Of a stretch of 64,000 nt of DNA, positions 1 through 9,791 are shown in pieces; within the stretch, counting starts at the first letter, position 1, and each line of letters opens with the position of its first letter. Location of the stretch: NCBI GenBank assembly GCA_963704165.1, contig CAVPHD010000003.1, positions 320,001 to 384,000 of the forward strand, in the 5' to 3' direction. The notes under the pieces are model-generated. The model saw only the letters and a list, made by a program, of their open reading frames with translations. It did no database searches and had not been told where the DNA came from. The translations under genes and the position numbers were made by a program. Source of the stretch: an uncultured delta proteobacterium (lineage in GTDB: Bacteria > Myxococcota_A > UBA9160 > SZUA-336).

Positions 1-1
1 C

Positions 2-196
2 GCGTACTTCGACGCGGTCGAGCCGATCTTCTGGAAGCACGAGGGACGGCCGCACTGGGGGAAGCTGCACACGCTCGATGCGTCGCGACTCGCCGCGCTG
101 TATCCGCGCTTTCGCGAGTTCCAGGCGTTGCGGCGCTCGCTCGACCCGCAGGGCCGGCTCGTGAATCCGCACATCGCCACTCTGTTCGGCGTCTAG
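2..196 (+). CDS. C-terminal fragment of FAD-linked oxidase (D-arabinono-1,4-lactone oxidase-like); partial at window edge
   Basis: Manual translation of frame 2 gives AYFDAVEPIFWKHEGRPHWGKLH...LDPQGRLVN..., ending TAG at 194-196. GRPHWGK is the ALO-family C-terminal motif. Confidence 0.85.
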   Translation, partial: AYFDAVEPIFWKHEGRPHWGKLHTLDASRLAALYPRFREFQALRRSLDPQGRLVNPHIATLFGV

Positions 197-228
197 CGTA
201 ATCTCGCGCCGGCCCTCGGGAGGATCGA

Positions 229-1155
229 ATGCCTCGCTATTCCGGAATCGCGCTTCGCGTGCTCGTCGTGCTGCTCGCGCTCGGCTTCGTCGGCTATCGC
301 TACCTGCTCGGACGGGCGACGGTTCCCGCCAAGAGCGGCTACTCCCTCGACCTCGCGGAAATCCGCAGGCTCGCGGCGTCGGTTCCCGGCGAGCGCGCCG
401 TACGGGTGAACCACGAGGAGATCGCCGAGGCTCCGCTCCCGAGGGGCGCGGTCTTCGCGGGCGAGTCGCTTCGCGAGCCGCATCCGATGTCGCACGGCGC
501 GTACCAGGTGGTGTTTCCCGACGGCCAGCTCGTGATCGACTCCGGCGTCGACGAGGCGGGACTGCGAAGCATGAACGCCGATGCGCCGTTCTCGAGCGAG
601 GCCTTCGCTTCGGTCCAGCGCGCGCTCGCGAGCGCGCGCTCGATCGTGATCACCCACGAGCACTCGGACCATCTGACGGGGATCGCGCGCTTCGCGGAGC
701 CGGAGAAGCTCGTCGGACGGCTCTCGCTCACGCGCGAGCAGCTCGAGAATTCCGAGGCGCTCGACGCGATCGAGTTTCCGGAACGGCTCCGATCCGCGCT
801 CGCGCCGCTGGACTACGAGCGCTACTTCGCGCTGGCGCCCGGCGTCGTTCTGGTGAAGGCGCCGGGCCACACGCCCGGAACGCAGATGGTCTTCGTCGCG
901 CTCGCGGACGGCGAGGAGTTCCTCTTTCTCGGCGACGTCGCCTGGCACATGAAACAGATCCGGGAGCTCTGGTATCGTCCTCGGCTCGTGACCGATTTCT
1001 TCCTCGGCGAGGACCGCGACGCGGTGCTCGCCCAGTTCCGGACTCTCCACGAGCTGCGCACGCGGGACCCGATCGAGCTCATCGCCTCGCACGACACCGA
1101 TCAGCGAAAGGCGTTGATCTCGTCGGGCACGCTCGGCTCCCACTTCGAATTCTGA
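229..1155 (+). CDS. MBL-fold metallo-hydrolase with N-terminal membrane anchor/signal
   Basis: THEHSDH, GHTPG, GD and SHD metal-binding motifs; hydrophobic N-terminus. Confidence 0.9.
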   Translation: MPRYSGIALRVLVVLLALGFVGYRYLLGRATVPAKSGYSLDLAEIRRLAASVPGERAVRVNHEEIAEAPLPRGAVFAGESLREPHPMSHGAYQVVFPDGQLVIDSGVDEAGLRSMNADAPFSSEAFASVQRALASARSIVITHEHSDHLTGIARFAEPEKLVGRLSLTREQLENSEALDAIEFPERLRSALAPLDYERYFALAPGVVLVKAPGHTPGTQMVFVALADGEEFLFLGDVAWHMKQIRELWYRPRLVTDFFLGEDRDAVLAQFRTLHELRTRDPIELIASHDTDQRKALISSGTLGSHFEF

Positions 1156-1165
1156 GGCGCCATCC

Positions 1166-1600
1166 ATGTCTGCTGCGACCCCGAAGCGCGAGCCGCGAAG
1201 GCCCCGCCCCGTCCCGACCCCCGAAACGCAATTCCACTGGGATGGCGCGCGCGCCGGTGAGCTGCTCCTGCAGCGCTGCCGCCCGTGCGCCCGTGCGTAC
1301 TTCCCGCCTCGCCCGTTCTGTCCGCGCTGCGCGAGCCGCGACGTCGAAGTTTTTCGCGCGAGCGGACGCGCGACGCTGTACAGCTACGTCATCCACCACC
1401 GGCCGATGCCGGGATTCACGCCGCCGTACGCGATCGCGGTCGTCGAGCTCGAGGAAGGGCCACGCATGATGACGAGCCTGGTCGGGGTTCCGCAGACCCC
1501 CGAGGCGCTCGTGCTCGACATGGCGCTCGAGGTCTCCTTCGAGAAGCTCGACGACGAGATCTCGCTTCCGGTCTTCGCGCCCGCGGGGCAGGTCTCGTGA
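1166..1600 (+). CDS. Zn-ribbon/OB-fold protein (DUF35 family), thiolase partner
   Basis: CRPC...CPRC zinc ribbon followed by an OB-fold (GRATLYSY...PYAIAVVELEEGPRM). GTGA overlap with the thiolase gene. Confidence 0.92.
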   Translation: MSAATPKREPRRPRPVPTPETQFHWDGARAGELLLQRCRPCARAYFPPRPFCPRCASRDVEVFRASGRATLYSYVIHHRPMPGFTPPYAIAVVELEEGPRMMTSLVGVPQTPEALVLDMALEVSFEKLDDEISLPVFAPAGQVS

Positions 1601-2740
1601 AGCGCCGGACGGCCGCGATCGTCGGCGCAGCGGAGACGACCGAGCTCGGTCTGATCCCGGACCTCTCGCAGCTCCAGCTCCACGCCGACGCCGCGCTGAA
1701 TGCGCTCGCGGATTGCGGGCTCCGCCCGAGCGACGTCGACGGCGTCGCCACCGCCGGAGAGTCGCCGACCTCGGTCGCGCATCTGCTCGGAATCACGCCG
1801 ACCTGGGTCGATGGCACGGCCGTGGGCGGCTGCTCGTTCATGCTGCACGTGCGGCACGCGGCGGCCGCGATCGCTTCGGGACTCTGCAAGACCGTGCTGA
1901 TCACGCACGGGCAGAGCGGCCGTTCGCGCGTCGGCGCCGGCGGCTTCGGCTTCTCGGCTTCGAGCTGGCAGGGCCAGTTCGAAGCTCCGTACGGCGTCGC
2001 CGGTCCCCCGACGCTCTTCACGATTCCGTTTCTGCGGTACATGAAGGACTTCGGGGTCAGCCACGAGCAGCTCGCGATGGTCGCCGTCGTGCAGCGCGAG
2101 TGGGCCGCGCGAAATCCCCGAGCGATGCACCGCGATCCGATCACCGTCGGGGACGTACTCGAGTCGCGGCTGATCGCCTGGCCCGTTCCACCTGCTCGAG
2201 TGCTGCCTCGTCACCGACGGCGGCGGAGCGCTCGTGCTGGTCTCGGCCGAGCGCGCGCGCGACTTCCCGCGCCCGCCCGTCTACGTACTCGGCACCGGCG
2301 AGAGCGTCGAGACACCGATGGTCAGCCAGATGGAGGACTTCACCACCTCGCGCGCGTTCCGAGTCTCGGGCCGGATGGCCTTCGCCGAGGCGGGGATCGG
2401 CCCGAGTGACGTCGATCACCTGATGATCTACGACGCGTTTGCCCACCTGCCGATCTACGGACTCGAGGACCTCGGCTTCGTGCCGCGCGGCGAGGCGGCC
2501 CGGTACATCTGGGACCGCAACACGGCGCCGGGCGGCGCGCTTCCGCTGAACACGAACGGTGGCGGGCTCTCCTACACGCACACCGGCATGTACGGGATGT
2601 TCGCGCTCCAGGAGTCCGTGCGTCAGCTTCGAGGCACGGCTCCCGCGCAGGTCGAGGACGTACGCATTTCGGTGGCACACGGCGTGGGCGGAATGTTCGC
2701 CGCGGCGGGCACGGTGATCCTGACGAACGAGGCCGATTGA
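1597..2740 (+). CDS. Thiolase-superfamily / lipid-transfer (SCP-x/Ltp2-like) protein; one +1 frameshift near 2182 (probable sequencing error)
   Basis: N-part (AAIVGAAET...GGCS...NPRA) and C-part (YDAF, NTNGGGLS) lie in different frames. Removing one C from TGGCCCGTTC restores WPFHLLECCLVTDGGGA. Confidence 0.88.
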
Positions 2741-2904
2741 CACGCAGCGCTACTCTCGCCAGCCTTCGGTGTGAGCTTGGACACGGTTTGCAGAGCCTCC
2801 GCGCCGAATACCTCGTTCGTGAGAGAGGAGGGTTGGATCGTGACGGCCCCATCGCGCCGAACGCGTAGGTCCGCGCGGACGCGCGCGAGCCGCGAAGCGA
2901 GTCG

Positions 2905-4623
2905 ATGAGCGGCAAGCGCATCGACCGCTATAGCGTCGCGAGCACGCCCGCGGGCTCCGAGCTTCAGTGTGACGAGACGCCGGGGATCGCCGTGCGCATC
3001 GACGCGGGATTCGCCTTCAGCGAGTCCGATGCGCGCAAGCTCGGCCCACGCGTGATCCTGCTCGACGGAGCCGGACGCTTCGCGCCGCTGATCGACGGCG
3101 ACGCGAAGCTCTACAACCTGGATCACCACCAGGGCTGCGTGCGCGCCTTCACCCTCGCCACGTGCGAACAGGCGCTCGTTCTCGTCGCGAAGGGACTCGA
3201 TCTCGATCGCGGCGGCTGGACGCTGTACGCGAACGAGCCCGATCTCGACGTCGCCCTCGCGATCTGGGTGTTGTTGAACCACCGCCGCGTGATGCAGCTG
3301 AGCGATGCCGAGCAGCGCGTCATCCTGCCGCTGATCCGGCTCGAAGGCGCGATCGATGCGGGCGGGACGGAGAGCTCGGCCTACTGTGGCCTGCCCGAGC
3401 CGACGCTCAGCGAAGCGCGAAGCCGCCTCGACCACCTGTTTCAGCGCGATCAAGCGCTACGGGCGCTGCCGAGCCTGGACGCGAGCGCGCGCACGGCGGC
3501 TCTCCTTCGCGAGATCGACGCGCTCGTCTTCGTCGAGACGGAGTTCGCGTCCTCTCGTCCACTGGAAGAGGTCTACGGAAATACCGACCTCGACGACGAT
3601 CGCGTCGCGGTGGCGTGCCGCGATTCCTCGGGGATCTACGACGTCGAGCAACGCCTACGTGAGCGTTGGGGCGCGCGGCTCGGGCTGATCGTCCTGCAGC
3701 GGGAACCGGGGAAATACACGCTGCGCGCCACGGGTGCGCTGCACGGCGTCTCGCTCGAGCCGCTCTTCTCCTACCTGAACACGGTCGATCCCGCGGTCGA
3801 TGGCCGCCCCGCGTCGCAGTGCTGGGGCGGAAGCAACGAGATCGGTGGCTCCCCACGGGACCGGCGTTCGGAGCTGACACCGGATGGTGTTCTTCGCGCT
3901 TCACGTTGGGTGCAACGCCGACCGCTGCGCCGCTCGCGCGCGGTGTTTCGCGCGCTCTGGACCAGCGCGGCTCTCGCCCTCGCCGTGATCGGTGTCGGCT
4001 CGGCGCTCCAGACGATTCCCGGCTACGCGCCGACGCGGGCGCTCGAGGACACCTTCCGGCTCACGCTTCTCGGTGTCGGCGCCCTGGCCGCCGCCGCGGT
4101 TCTCGTTCGACGTCAGGCGCGGGAGTCCCTGTGGATTCCCGGCTTTCGAGCCCCGGCGGGCCGCCTCTGGCTCCTGCTCACGCCGCTCTCGTTCGTCCTC
4201 TGCGCGATCGGGGGCGCGTTGGCCCCGGCGGCTCTGACTCGGGATCCGGTCTCGCTCTCGTCGGCGATCGCGGCGGCCGTGCTCGCCGCGTTCGGCGTCG
4301 AGGTCTGGTTCCGCAGCTGGGTCTACGGACTGCTGCGGCTCGCGGGACCGCCTCGCGCGGGCGAACAGCTGCCACTCTTCTCGGTCGCCACGCTCGTATC
4401 GGGAGCGCTCTACGCCGTCGCCGCGCTCGGCGTCGGTGAACCCGCGCTCGAGCTCCTCGCTCTCGGCCCGCTCCAGGGCCTCGCGCCACTCGCCCAGCGG
4501 GCCGCCGCGGCGCTGCTCGCCGGGATCACGCTCGGAGTTCTGCGCGAGCGGTCACTCTCGCTCTGGCCCGGGATCGCGGTGCAGATCACCGCGAGCCTCC
4601 TCTTCCTTCTGCTGGCCGGCTGA
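2905..4623 (+). CDS. Hypothetical fusion: DHH-like soluble domain plus C-terminal membrane domain resembling a degenerate CPBP/Abi protease
   Basis: NLDHH, NEPDLD and WGGS..IGGSPR in the N-terminal part. C-terminal TM helices contain VEVWFRS and RERSLSLWPGIAVQ. Confidence 0.6.
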   Translation: MSGKRIDRYSVASTPAGSELQCDETPGIAVRIDAGFAFSESDARKLGPRVILLDGAGRFAPLIDGDAKLYNLDHHQGCVRAFTLATCEQALVLVAKGLDLDRGGWTLYANEPDLDVALAIWVLLNHRRVMQLSDAEQRVILPLIRLEGAIDAGGTESSAYCGLPEPTLSEARSRLDHLFQRDQALRALPSLDASARTAALLREIDALVFVETEFASSRPLEEVYGNTDLDDDRVAVACRDSSGIYDVEQRLRERWGARLGLIVLQREPGKYTLRATGALHGVSLEPLFSYLNTVDPAVDGRPASQCWGGSNEIGGSPRDRRSELTPDGVLRASRWVQRRPLRRSRAVFRALWTSAALALAVIGVGSALQTIPGYAPTRALEDTFRLTLLGVGALAAAAVLVRRQARESLWIPGFRAPAGRLWLLLTPLSFVLCAIGGALAPAALTRDPVSLSSAIAAAVLAAFGVEVWFRSWVYGLLRLAGPPRAGEQLPLFSVATLVSGALYAVAALGVGEPALELLALGPLQGLAPLAQRAAAALLAGITLGVLRERSLSLWPGIAVQITASLLFLLLAG

Positions 4624-4806
4624 CGTCGCGGTCGGAACGCGGCGCAGTCCTGCGAGATGGCGCGCCCGCTGCTGCTCACTCTTCGCGAGCGAAGCGCGCT
4701 CGGCCTTGGTCTGCCCCTCGCGCGCACGGGTCGCATCTGCCGCGCGCGCCCGTGCCTCGCGGTCCTTCCGCTTCCGCGCACGGCTCAGGTTCGTCGGCTT
4801 GCTCAT
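4552..4806 (-). CDS. DUF4169-like small basic protein
   Basis: MSKPTNLSRARKRK...REGQTKAER...RHLAGLRR resembles the DUF4169 pattern (NLxxARK...GRTKAE...LDGHRR). Confidence 0.7.
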   Translation of the reverse strand: MSKPTNLSRARKRKDREARARAADATRAREGQTKAERASLAKSEQQRARHLAGLRRVPTATSAGQQKEEEARGDLHRDPGPERE

Positions 4807-4828
4807 CCGCGGAACCGGTGCGCGAGCG

Positions 4829-5971
4829 TCAGAACCCCGAGAGCGAAGCGAACCGCGCGCGGTGGAACGCCGCGTCGCCGAGCGTCAGCTCCGTGACGCG
4901 CGCGCGCTTGAGGAAGAGGCCGATCTCCTCCTCGTCGGTGACGCCGATCCCGCCGAACATCTGCACCGCCTCGTTCCCGATCAGGTGGATGGCTTCCGAG
5001 ACGCGCGCCTTGGCGACGGACGCGACGAGCGACAGGTCGGCGCGGTTCTCGTCGATCGCGCGCAGCGCGTCGAGCACGATCGAGCGCGAAAGCTCGATCT
5101 CGACGAACATGTTCGCCGCTCGGTGCTTGAGCGCCTGGAACGAGCCGATCGGCACGCCGAACTGCTTGCGCTCCTTCAGGTACGCGATCGTCCGCTCGAA
5201 GGCTTCGGTGAGCGTGCCGAGCATCTCGGCCGCGAGGCCGATCGCGGCGCGATCGAGGACCGGATCGAGCAGATCGGCGCCGCGCCCCGCGCCGCCGAGC
5301 AATGCGGAACGCTCGACCTCGACGGCGTCGAGCGTCACGTTCGCGGCGTTGCGGCCGTCGACCATGGTCGTGCGAACGATCTCGAGTCCCGCGCGCCGGC
5401 TTCGGCACGAGAAAGAGCGAGAGCCCGTCGCGCTCACCCGTCCGGCCCGCCGTCCGGGCGACCACGACGAGCTGGTCCGCGACGTGTCCGTCGAGGACGA
5501 GCGTCTTCGAACCCGTGAGCCGATAGCCGCTCGACGTCGAGTCGGCGCGCGTCGCGATCGTGTACGGGGAGTGATGCGCGCCCTTCTTGAAGTGCGAGCG
5601 CGAGAATCCGCTCGCCCTTGGCGACGGCCGGAAGGATCTCCTTGCGCTGCGTCTCGTTTCCGCCGAGCAGAACCGCGTTCCCGCCCAGGAGCGACGTCGA
5701 GACGAGCGGCGTCGCGGTGAGCGTCCGGCCGCACTCCTCGAGCACGATGCCGAGCTCGGCGTAGCCGAGTCCCGCACCTCCGAACTCCTCGGGCAGGACG
5801 ATTCCCGCCCAGCCGAGCTCCGCCATCTCCGCCCAGAGCGAACGCGAGAAGCCGACCGGATCCCGCTCGTCGCGCAGCTCGACGCAGCTCCTTGACGGGC
5901 GAGTTCTCGGCGATGAACTCGCGCGCGGTGCTCCGCAGCAGATCCTGCTCTTCCGAAAGTGCCAATGACAT
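4829..5971 (-). CDS. Acyl-CoA dehydrogenase, second subunit of a heteromeric pair; frameshifts near 5395, 5590 and 5880
   Basis: MSLALSEEQDLL start; AELGWAGIVLPEEFGG; YLKERKQFGVPIGSFQALKHR; QMFGGIG. Segments are spread over three frames. Confidence 0.88.
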   Translation of the reverse strand: MSLALSEEQDLLRSTAREFIAENSPVKELRRAARRAGSGRLLAFALGGDGGARLGGNRPARGVRRCGTRLRRARHRARGVRPDAHRDAARLDVAPGRERGSARRKRDAAQGDPSGRRQGRADSRARTSRRARITPRTRSRRAPTRRRAAIGSRVRRRSSSTDTSRTSSSWSPGRRAGRVSATGSRSFSCRSRRAGLEIVRTTMVDGRNAANVTLDAVEVERSALLGGAGRGADLLDPVLDRAAIGLAAEMLGTLTEAFERTIAYLKERKQFGVPIGSFQALKHRAANMFVEIELSRSIVLDALRAIDENRADLSLVASVAKARVSEAIHLIGNEAVQMFGGIGVTDEEEIGLFLKRARVTELTLGDAAFHRARFASLSGF

Positions 5972-5994
5972 CGTGATTCCCTCTTCGACCGATC

Positions 5995-7213
5995 TCAGTC
6001 CGGGAGACCGAGAACGCGCTTCGCGATGATGTTGAGCTGCACTTCGGACGTGCCGCCTTCGATCGAGTTGCCCTTGGAGCGCAGCCACTCGCGTGTCGTG
6101 CCGAGCTCGCGCGGAATTGAAACCCTCGCCCTCCCAGCCGAGCGCCTGCGAGCCGAGCGATCTTCACGAGCAGCTCGAACTGCGCTTGTTCAGCTCGGTG
6201 CCGTAGAGCTTGAACATCGACGACGCCGGACCCGGTCCCTGACCCGCCTTCGCCTCGTCGGACGAGCGGCGCAGCGTGGTGACGAAGCAGCGCGTGTCCA
6301 TCATGTGCTGCACGACCTGATCGCGAATCACCGGATCGGCGACGCGGCCGTCCGTCGACGCCGCAGTACTCGCTTCGCGAGCTGCTCGAGCGACCCGCCC
6401 GCCGCCGCCCGAGCCGGTGCCCAGACCCATCCCGGCGATCATCTCGCGCTCGTGCTGCAGCAGCGCGCTTCGCGATCGTCCAGCCGCCGTCGACCTTGCC
6501 GACCAGGTTCTTCTTCGGGACCTTCACGTCCTCGAAGAACGTCTGGCAGAACGGCGACGAGCCGCTGATCAGCTTGATCGGCGAGACCGACACGCCCGGC
6601 GACTCCATGTCGAACAGCAGGAAGCTGATGCCGTCGTGCTTGGCCGCGGTCGGGTTCGGTGCGCACCAGACAGAAGATCCAGTCGGCGTAGTCCGCGTAC
6701 GAGGTCCAGATCTTCTGGCCGTTCACGAGGTAGTGGTCGCCCTTGTCCTCGGCGCGCGTCTGCAGACCGGCCAGGTCGGAGCCGGCGCCGGGCTCGGAGT
6801 AGCCCTGACACCAGCGGATCTCGCCGCGCACGATCTTCGGCAGGTGTTCGCGCTTCTGCTCCTCGTTTCCGTACTCGAGCAGCACCGGCCCGAGCATGGT
6901 GAGACCGAAGCTGTTGAGCGGCGGGCGGCAGTGGAGCCGGCGCATCTCCTCGGCGAGCACGCGCGCCTGCGCGCTCGACAGACCGCCGCCGCCGTACTCC
7001 TTCGGCCAGGTCGGCGCCGTGTAGCCCGCGCGCGGCCATGCGCTCGAGCCAGAGCTTCTCTTCGGGATTCTCGTAGACCTTGTTCCGGCCTCCCCAGTTG
7101 AGATCCTCGTCCGGACCGAGCGGCTTGCGCATCGACGGCGGGCAGTTCTCTTCGAGCCACTTGCCGGTCTCGGCGCGAAAGGCTTCGAGATTCTCCAAGG
7201 CGAGATCCTCCAA
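5995..7213 (-). CDS. Acyl-CoA dehydrogenase, first subunit of the pair; multiple frameshifts between about 6120 and 7030
   Basis: WCQGYSEPGAGSDLAGL, NGQKIWTS, FFEDVKVP and NSIEGGTSEVQLNIIAKRVLGLPD* are recoverable across frames. TTG start is uncertain. Confidence 0.88.
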
Positions 7214-7326
7214 CGGGGCCGCGCGCCGGGCTGGCGGGGCGGCCGTATCCTAAGCGCCCGACGCCGTGGATCGCAACCGCACGGGAGCCTTGCCGCGCGG
7301 GTCTCGTTCCGCTCTCCTAGGCGCTG

Positions 7327-7854
7327 ATGCGATCGCTGCGACGACTGCTCGGAATGGGCGAGGACATTCTCGGAGAGGCGCGTGACACCGCGACGGTTCG
7401 CCGCATCGCGGCCGAGCTCGACGCGTTGCCCGTCGACGAGGCACGCTATCTCGCGGCCTTCGCGTACGTGCTCACGCGGGTCGCGCGCGCCGACCTCGAG
7501 ATCTCGCCCGAGGAGACCGAGCAGATGATCCGCCTCGTGCGGGAGTTCTCGGCGCTCGGCGAATCGCAGTCGCTCCTCGTCGTGCAGATGGCGAAGACCC
7601 AGGCGATCGCGCTCGGCGGCACCGAGAACTACCTGGTCACGCGTCAGTTCAAGGAGCTCTCGAATCGCACGCAGCGCATCGATCTGCTCCGCTGCATGTT
7701 CGCCGTCGCCGCCGCCGACGAGAGCATCTCCAGCGTCGAGAACGCCGAGATCACCGCGATCGCGATCGAGCTCGACTTCACCGACGCGGAAATCGCCTCG
7801 ATCCGCGCGGCGTACCGGGACCAGCTCGCGGTGCTGAAGGGTCGTCGGATTTGA
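7327..7854 (+). CDS. TerB-family (tellurite resistance-like) protein
   Basis: Two TerB-like motifs, VARADLEISPEE and VAAADESISSVE. Confidence 0.8.
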   Translation: MRSLRRLLGMGEDILGEARDTATVRRIAAELDALPVDEARYLAAFAYVLTRVARADLEISPEETEQMIRLVREFSALGESQSLLVVQMAKTQAIALGGTENYLVTRQFKELSNRTQRIDLLRCMFAVAAADESISSVENAEITAIAIELDFTDAEIASIRAAYRDQLAVLKGRRI

Positions 7855-8510
7855 GCGAAGAGATCGACGTCGACCGGATCGGCGAGGACGTGCCGCTCCT
7901 CGAGGGGATCCGGACCACGCGCGCGATCCGGCGCCTGCGCCCCGATCCGGTTCCTCGCGCGCTGATCCGCAAAGTCTGCGAAGCGGGTACGTTCGCGCCG
8001 AGCGGCGGCAACCGGCAGCCGTGGGTCTTCATCGCGGTGACGCAGGCCGAGCGGCGCGCGTGGGTCGCGGAGCGCTACCGCAAAGCGTTTCAGCGCTACA
8101 TCGCTCCGGCTCTCGAAGCCGCGAAGCGGCCGGACTTCCCCGAAGCGGGAGCTCGAAACATGCGCGCCGCGCTCTGGCTCGCCGACCATCTGCACGAGGC
8201 CCCCGTACACTTGTTCGTGGCGGGCTGGACCCGGCGCGACGCGGCGCAGGGGCAGGCGCTCTTTCCGTGCATTCAGAACGTGCTGCTCGCGTGCCGGGCT
8301 TTGGGCCTCGGCGCCTCCCTGACCACGATGCACCGCAGCTTCGGAGCCGAGTGCGACCGCTGGCTCGAGCTGCCCGAGGACTGCCCGACGATCGCGCTCC
8401 TGCCGATCGGCTGGCCCGTCGGAAAACACGGCCGCCCCCCGCGCCGCCCGGTGGACGAGGCTCTGCACTGGGAGCGCTTCTCCGGCGCTCGGGAATCCGA
8501 AGCCGGCTGA
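7851..8510 (+). CDS. Nitroreductase family protein
   Basis: RAIRRLRPDPVP, APSGGNRQPW, QNVLLACRALGLG. Confidence 0.9.
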   Translation: MSEEIDVDRIGEDVPLLEGIRTTRAIRRLRPDPVPRALIRKVCEAGTFAPSGGNRQPWVFIAVTQAERRAWVAERYRKAFQRYIAPALEAAKRPDFPEAGARNMRAALWLADHLHEAPVHLFVAGWTRRDAAQGQALFPCIQNVLLACRALGLGASLTTMHRSFGAECDRWLELPEDCPTIALLPIGWPVGKHGRPPRRPVDEALHWERFSGARESEAG

Positions 8511-8516
8511 GATCTC

Positions 8517-9695
8517 TCAGCCCTTGCTGCACCGCAGCGTCAGCTCGGTGATCTCGGCGGGCGCGAAGAGCCGCATCGGCGGTCCCCAGAACCCCGTGCC
8601 TCGGCTCACGTAGAGCTCGGCGCCGTCTCGCGCGTAACGCCCGGCGACGAAGGGCACGGCCAGGCGAACGAGCCAGCGGAACGGCCAGATCTGTCCGCCG
8701 TGGGTGTGGCCCGAGATCTGGAGGTCGACACCGCTCCGTGACGCGCGCTTGAAGGTCGCGGGATCGTGCGCGAGCAGGACCACGGGGAGGTCGGGGTCGC
8801 ACGCCTCGAGCGCCTTCGGCAGATCCTCGCGCGCTCCGCCGCCGAATCCGCCGCGGTGATCGTCCACCCCCGCGAGCACGAACGAAGCCCCGCCGTGCTC
8901 GATCGTGACGCTGCGATTGCGCAGCGGCACCATGCCGAGCTTCTCGACCACCTCGGTCCACGCGTCCGCGCCGGAGTAGTGGTCGTGGTTGCCGGTCACG
9001 AAGTAGACGCCGTGGCGCGCGCGGAGCTCTCCGAAGGGCGCAACCTCGTCGGCGAGCAAGCGCGCGCTGCCGTCGACCAGATCGCCGGTGACGCAGATCA
9101 GGTCGGGCGCGAGCGCGTTCAGCCGATCGGAGAGAGAGCGCGCGAAGTGGCGGTCGCGAAGCGGGCCGATGTGGACGTCGCTGATCTGCGCGATGCGGAA
9201 GCCGTCGAGCGCTTTCGGCCAGCGCGCGAGCGCGATCTCGAGCCGCACGAGTCGCGGTGGCCGCAATCCCGAAACCAGCGCGAGCGCACCCGCGACCCCG
9301 ACGACCGCGAGCGTCATCGCGGCCTGCGCGCGCGAAGCGGCGGGCGCGTCGGGCAGGTCTCCGCCCGCGGCGTACGCCACGCCGCCGGCGAGAAAGCGAA
9401 GCAGGTCTCCGGCGGCGAGCGTGACGAGCAGCAGGAAGGCCGTCCCCATCCAGAGGGACGCCGGCCAACCGACGATCCGGTTCCAGGGCGGCGCGACCAG
9501 GCGCTCCGCGATCGGCTGCGCGACGAGCGACGCGAGGCCGAGGTAGATCACGCCGAGCAGAAGCCCGCTCGCAGGCGGGGCGATGCCCGGATCGAGCACG
9601 AGGCGCTGTGCGATGTAGCCGTGCCCGCCGATCAGCACGGTGAGCGCGATCGCGAGGAACGCGAGTCCGGCCAGAATGCGGGCGGCGGTACTCAT
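8517..9695 (-). CDS. Membrane-anchored metallophosphoesterase (YkuE/YaeI-like)
   Basis: SDVH, TGDLVD, GNHD, LAHDP and SGHTHGGQ motifs after N-terminal TM helices. Start trimmed from the long ORF to MSTAARIL. Confidence 0.92.
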   Translation of the reverse strand: MSTAARILAGLAFLAIALTVLIGGHGYIAQRLVLDPGIAPPASGLLLGVIYLGLASLVAQPIAERLVAPPWNRIVGWPASLWMGTAFLLLVTLAAGDLLRFLAGGVAYAAGGDLPDAPAASRAQAAMTLAVVGVAGALALVSGLRPPRLVRLEIALARWPKALDGFRIAQISDVHIGPLRDRHFARSLSDRLNALAPDLICVTGDLVDGSARLLADEVAPFGELRARHGVYFVTGNHDHYSGADAWTEVVEKLGMVPLRNRSVTIEHGGASFVLAGVDDHRGGFGGGAREDLPKALEACDPDLPVVLLAHDPATFKRASRSGVDLQISGHTHGGQIWPFRWLVRLAVPFVAGRYARDGAELYVSRGTGFWGPPMRLFAPAEITELTLRCSKG

Positions 9696-9791
9696 CCCGG
9701 TGGAACGTATCCCATCCATGCGCTTCGCGATCGGCCGGATCGCCGCTTCCGCTCGGGCGCGTGATAGGCTCGCCCCGAAGGGGCCCGAGAC

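Noticed and set aside
229..1155. MBL hydrolase as a quorum-quenching partner of the acyl-amide locus
   Set aside because: The motifs are generic to MBL hydrolases and the gene lies about 13 kb away among unrelated genes.
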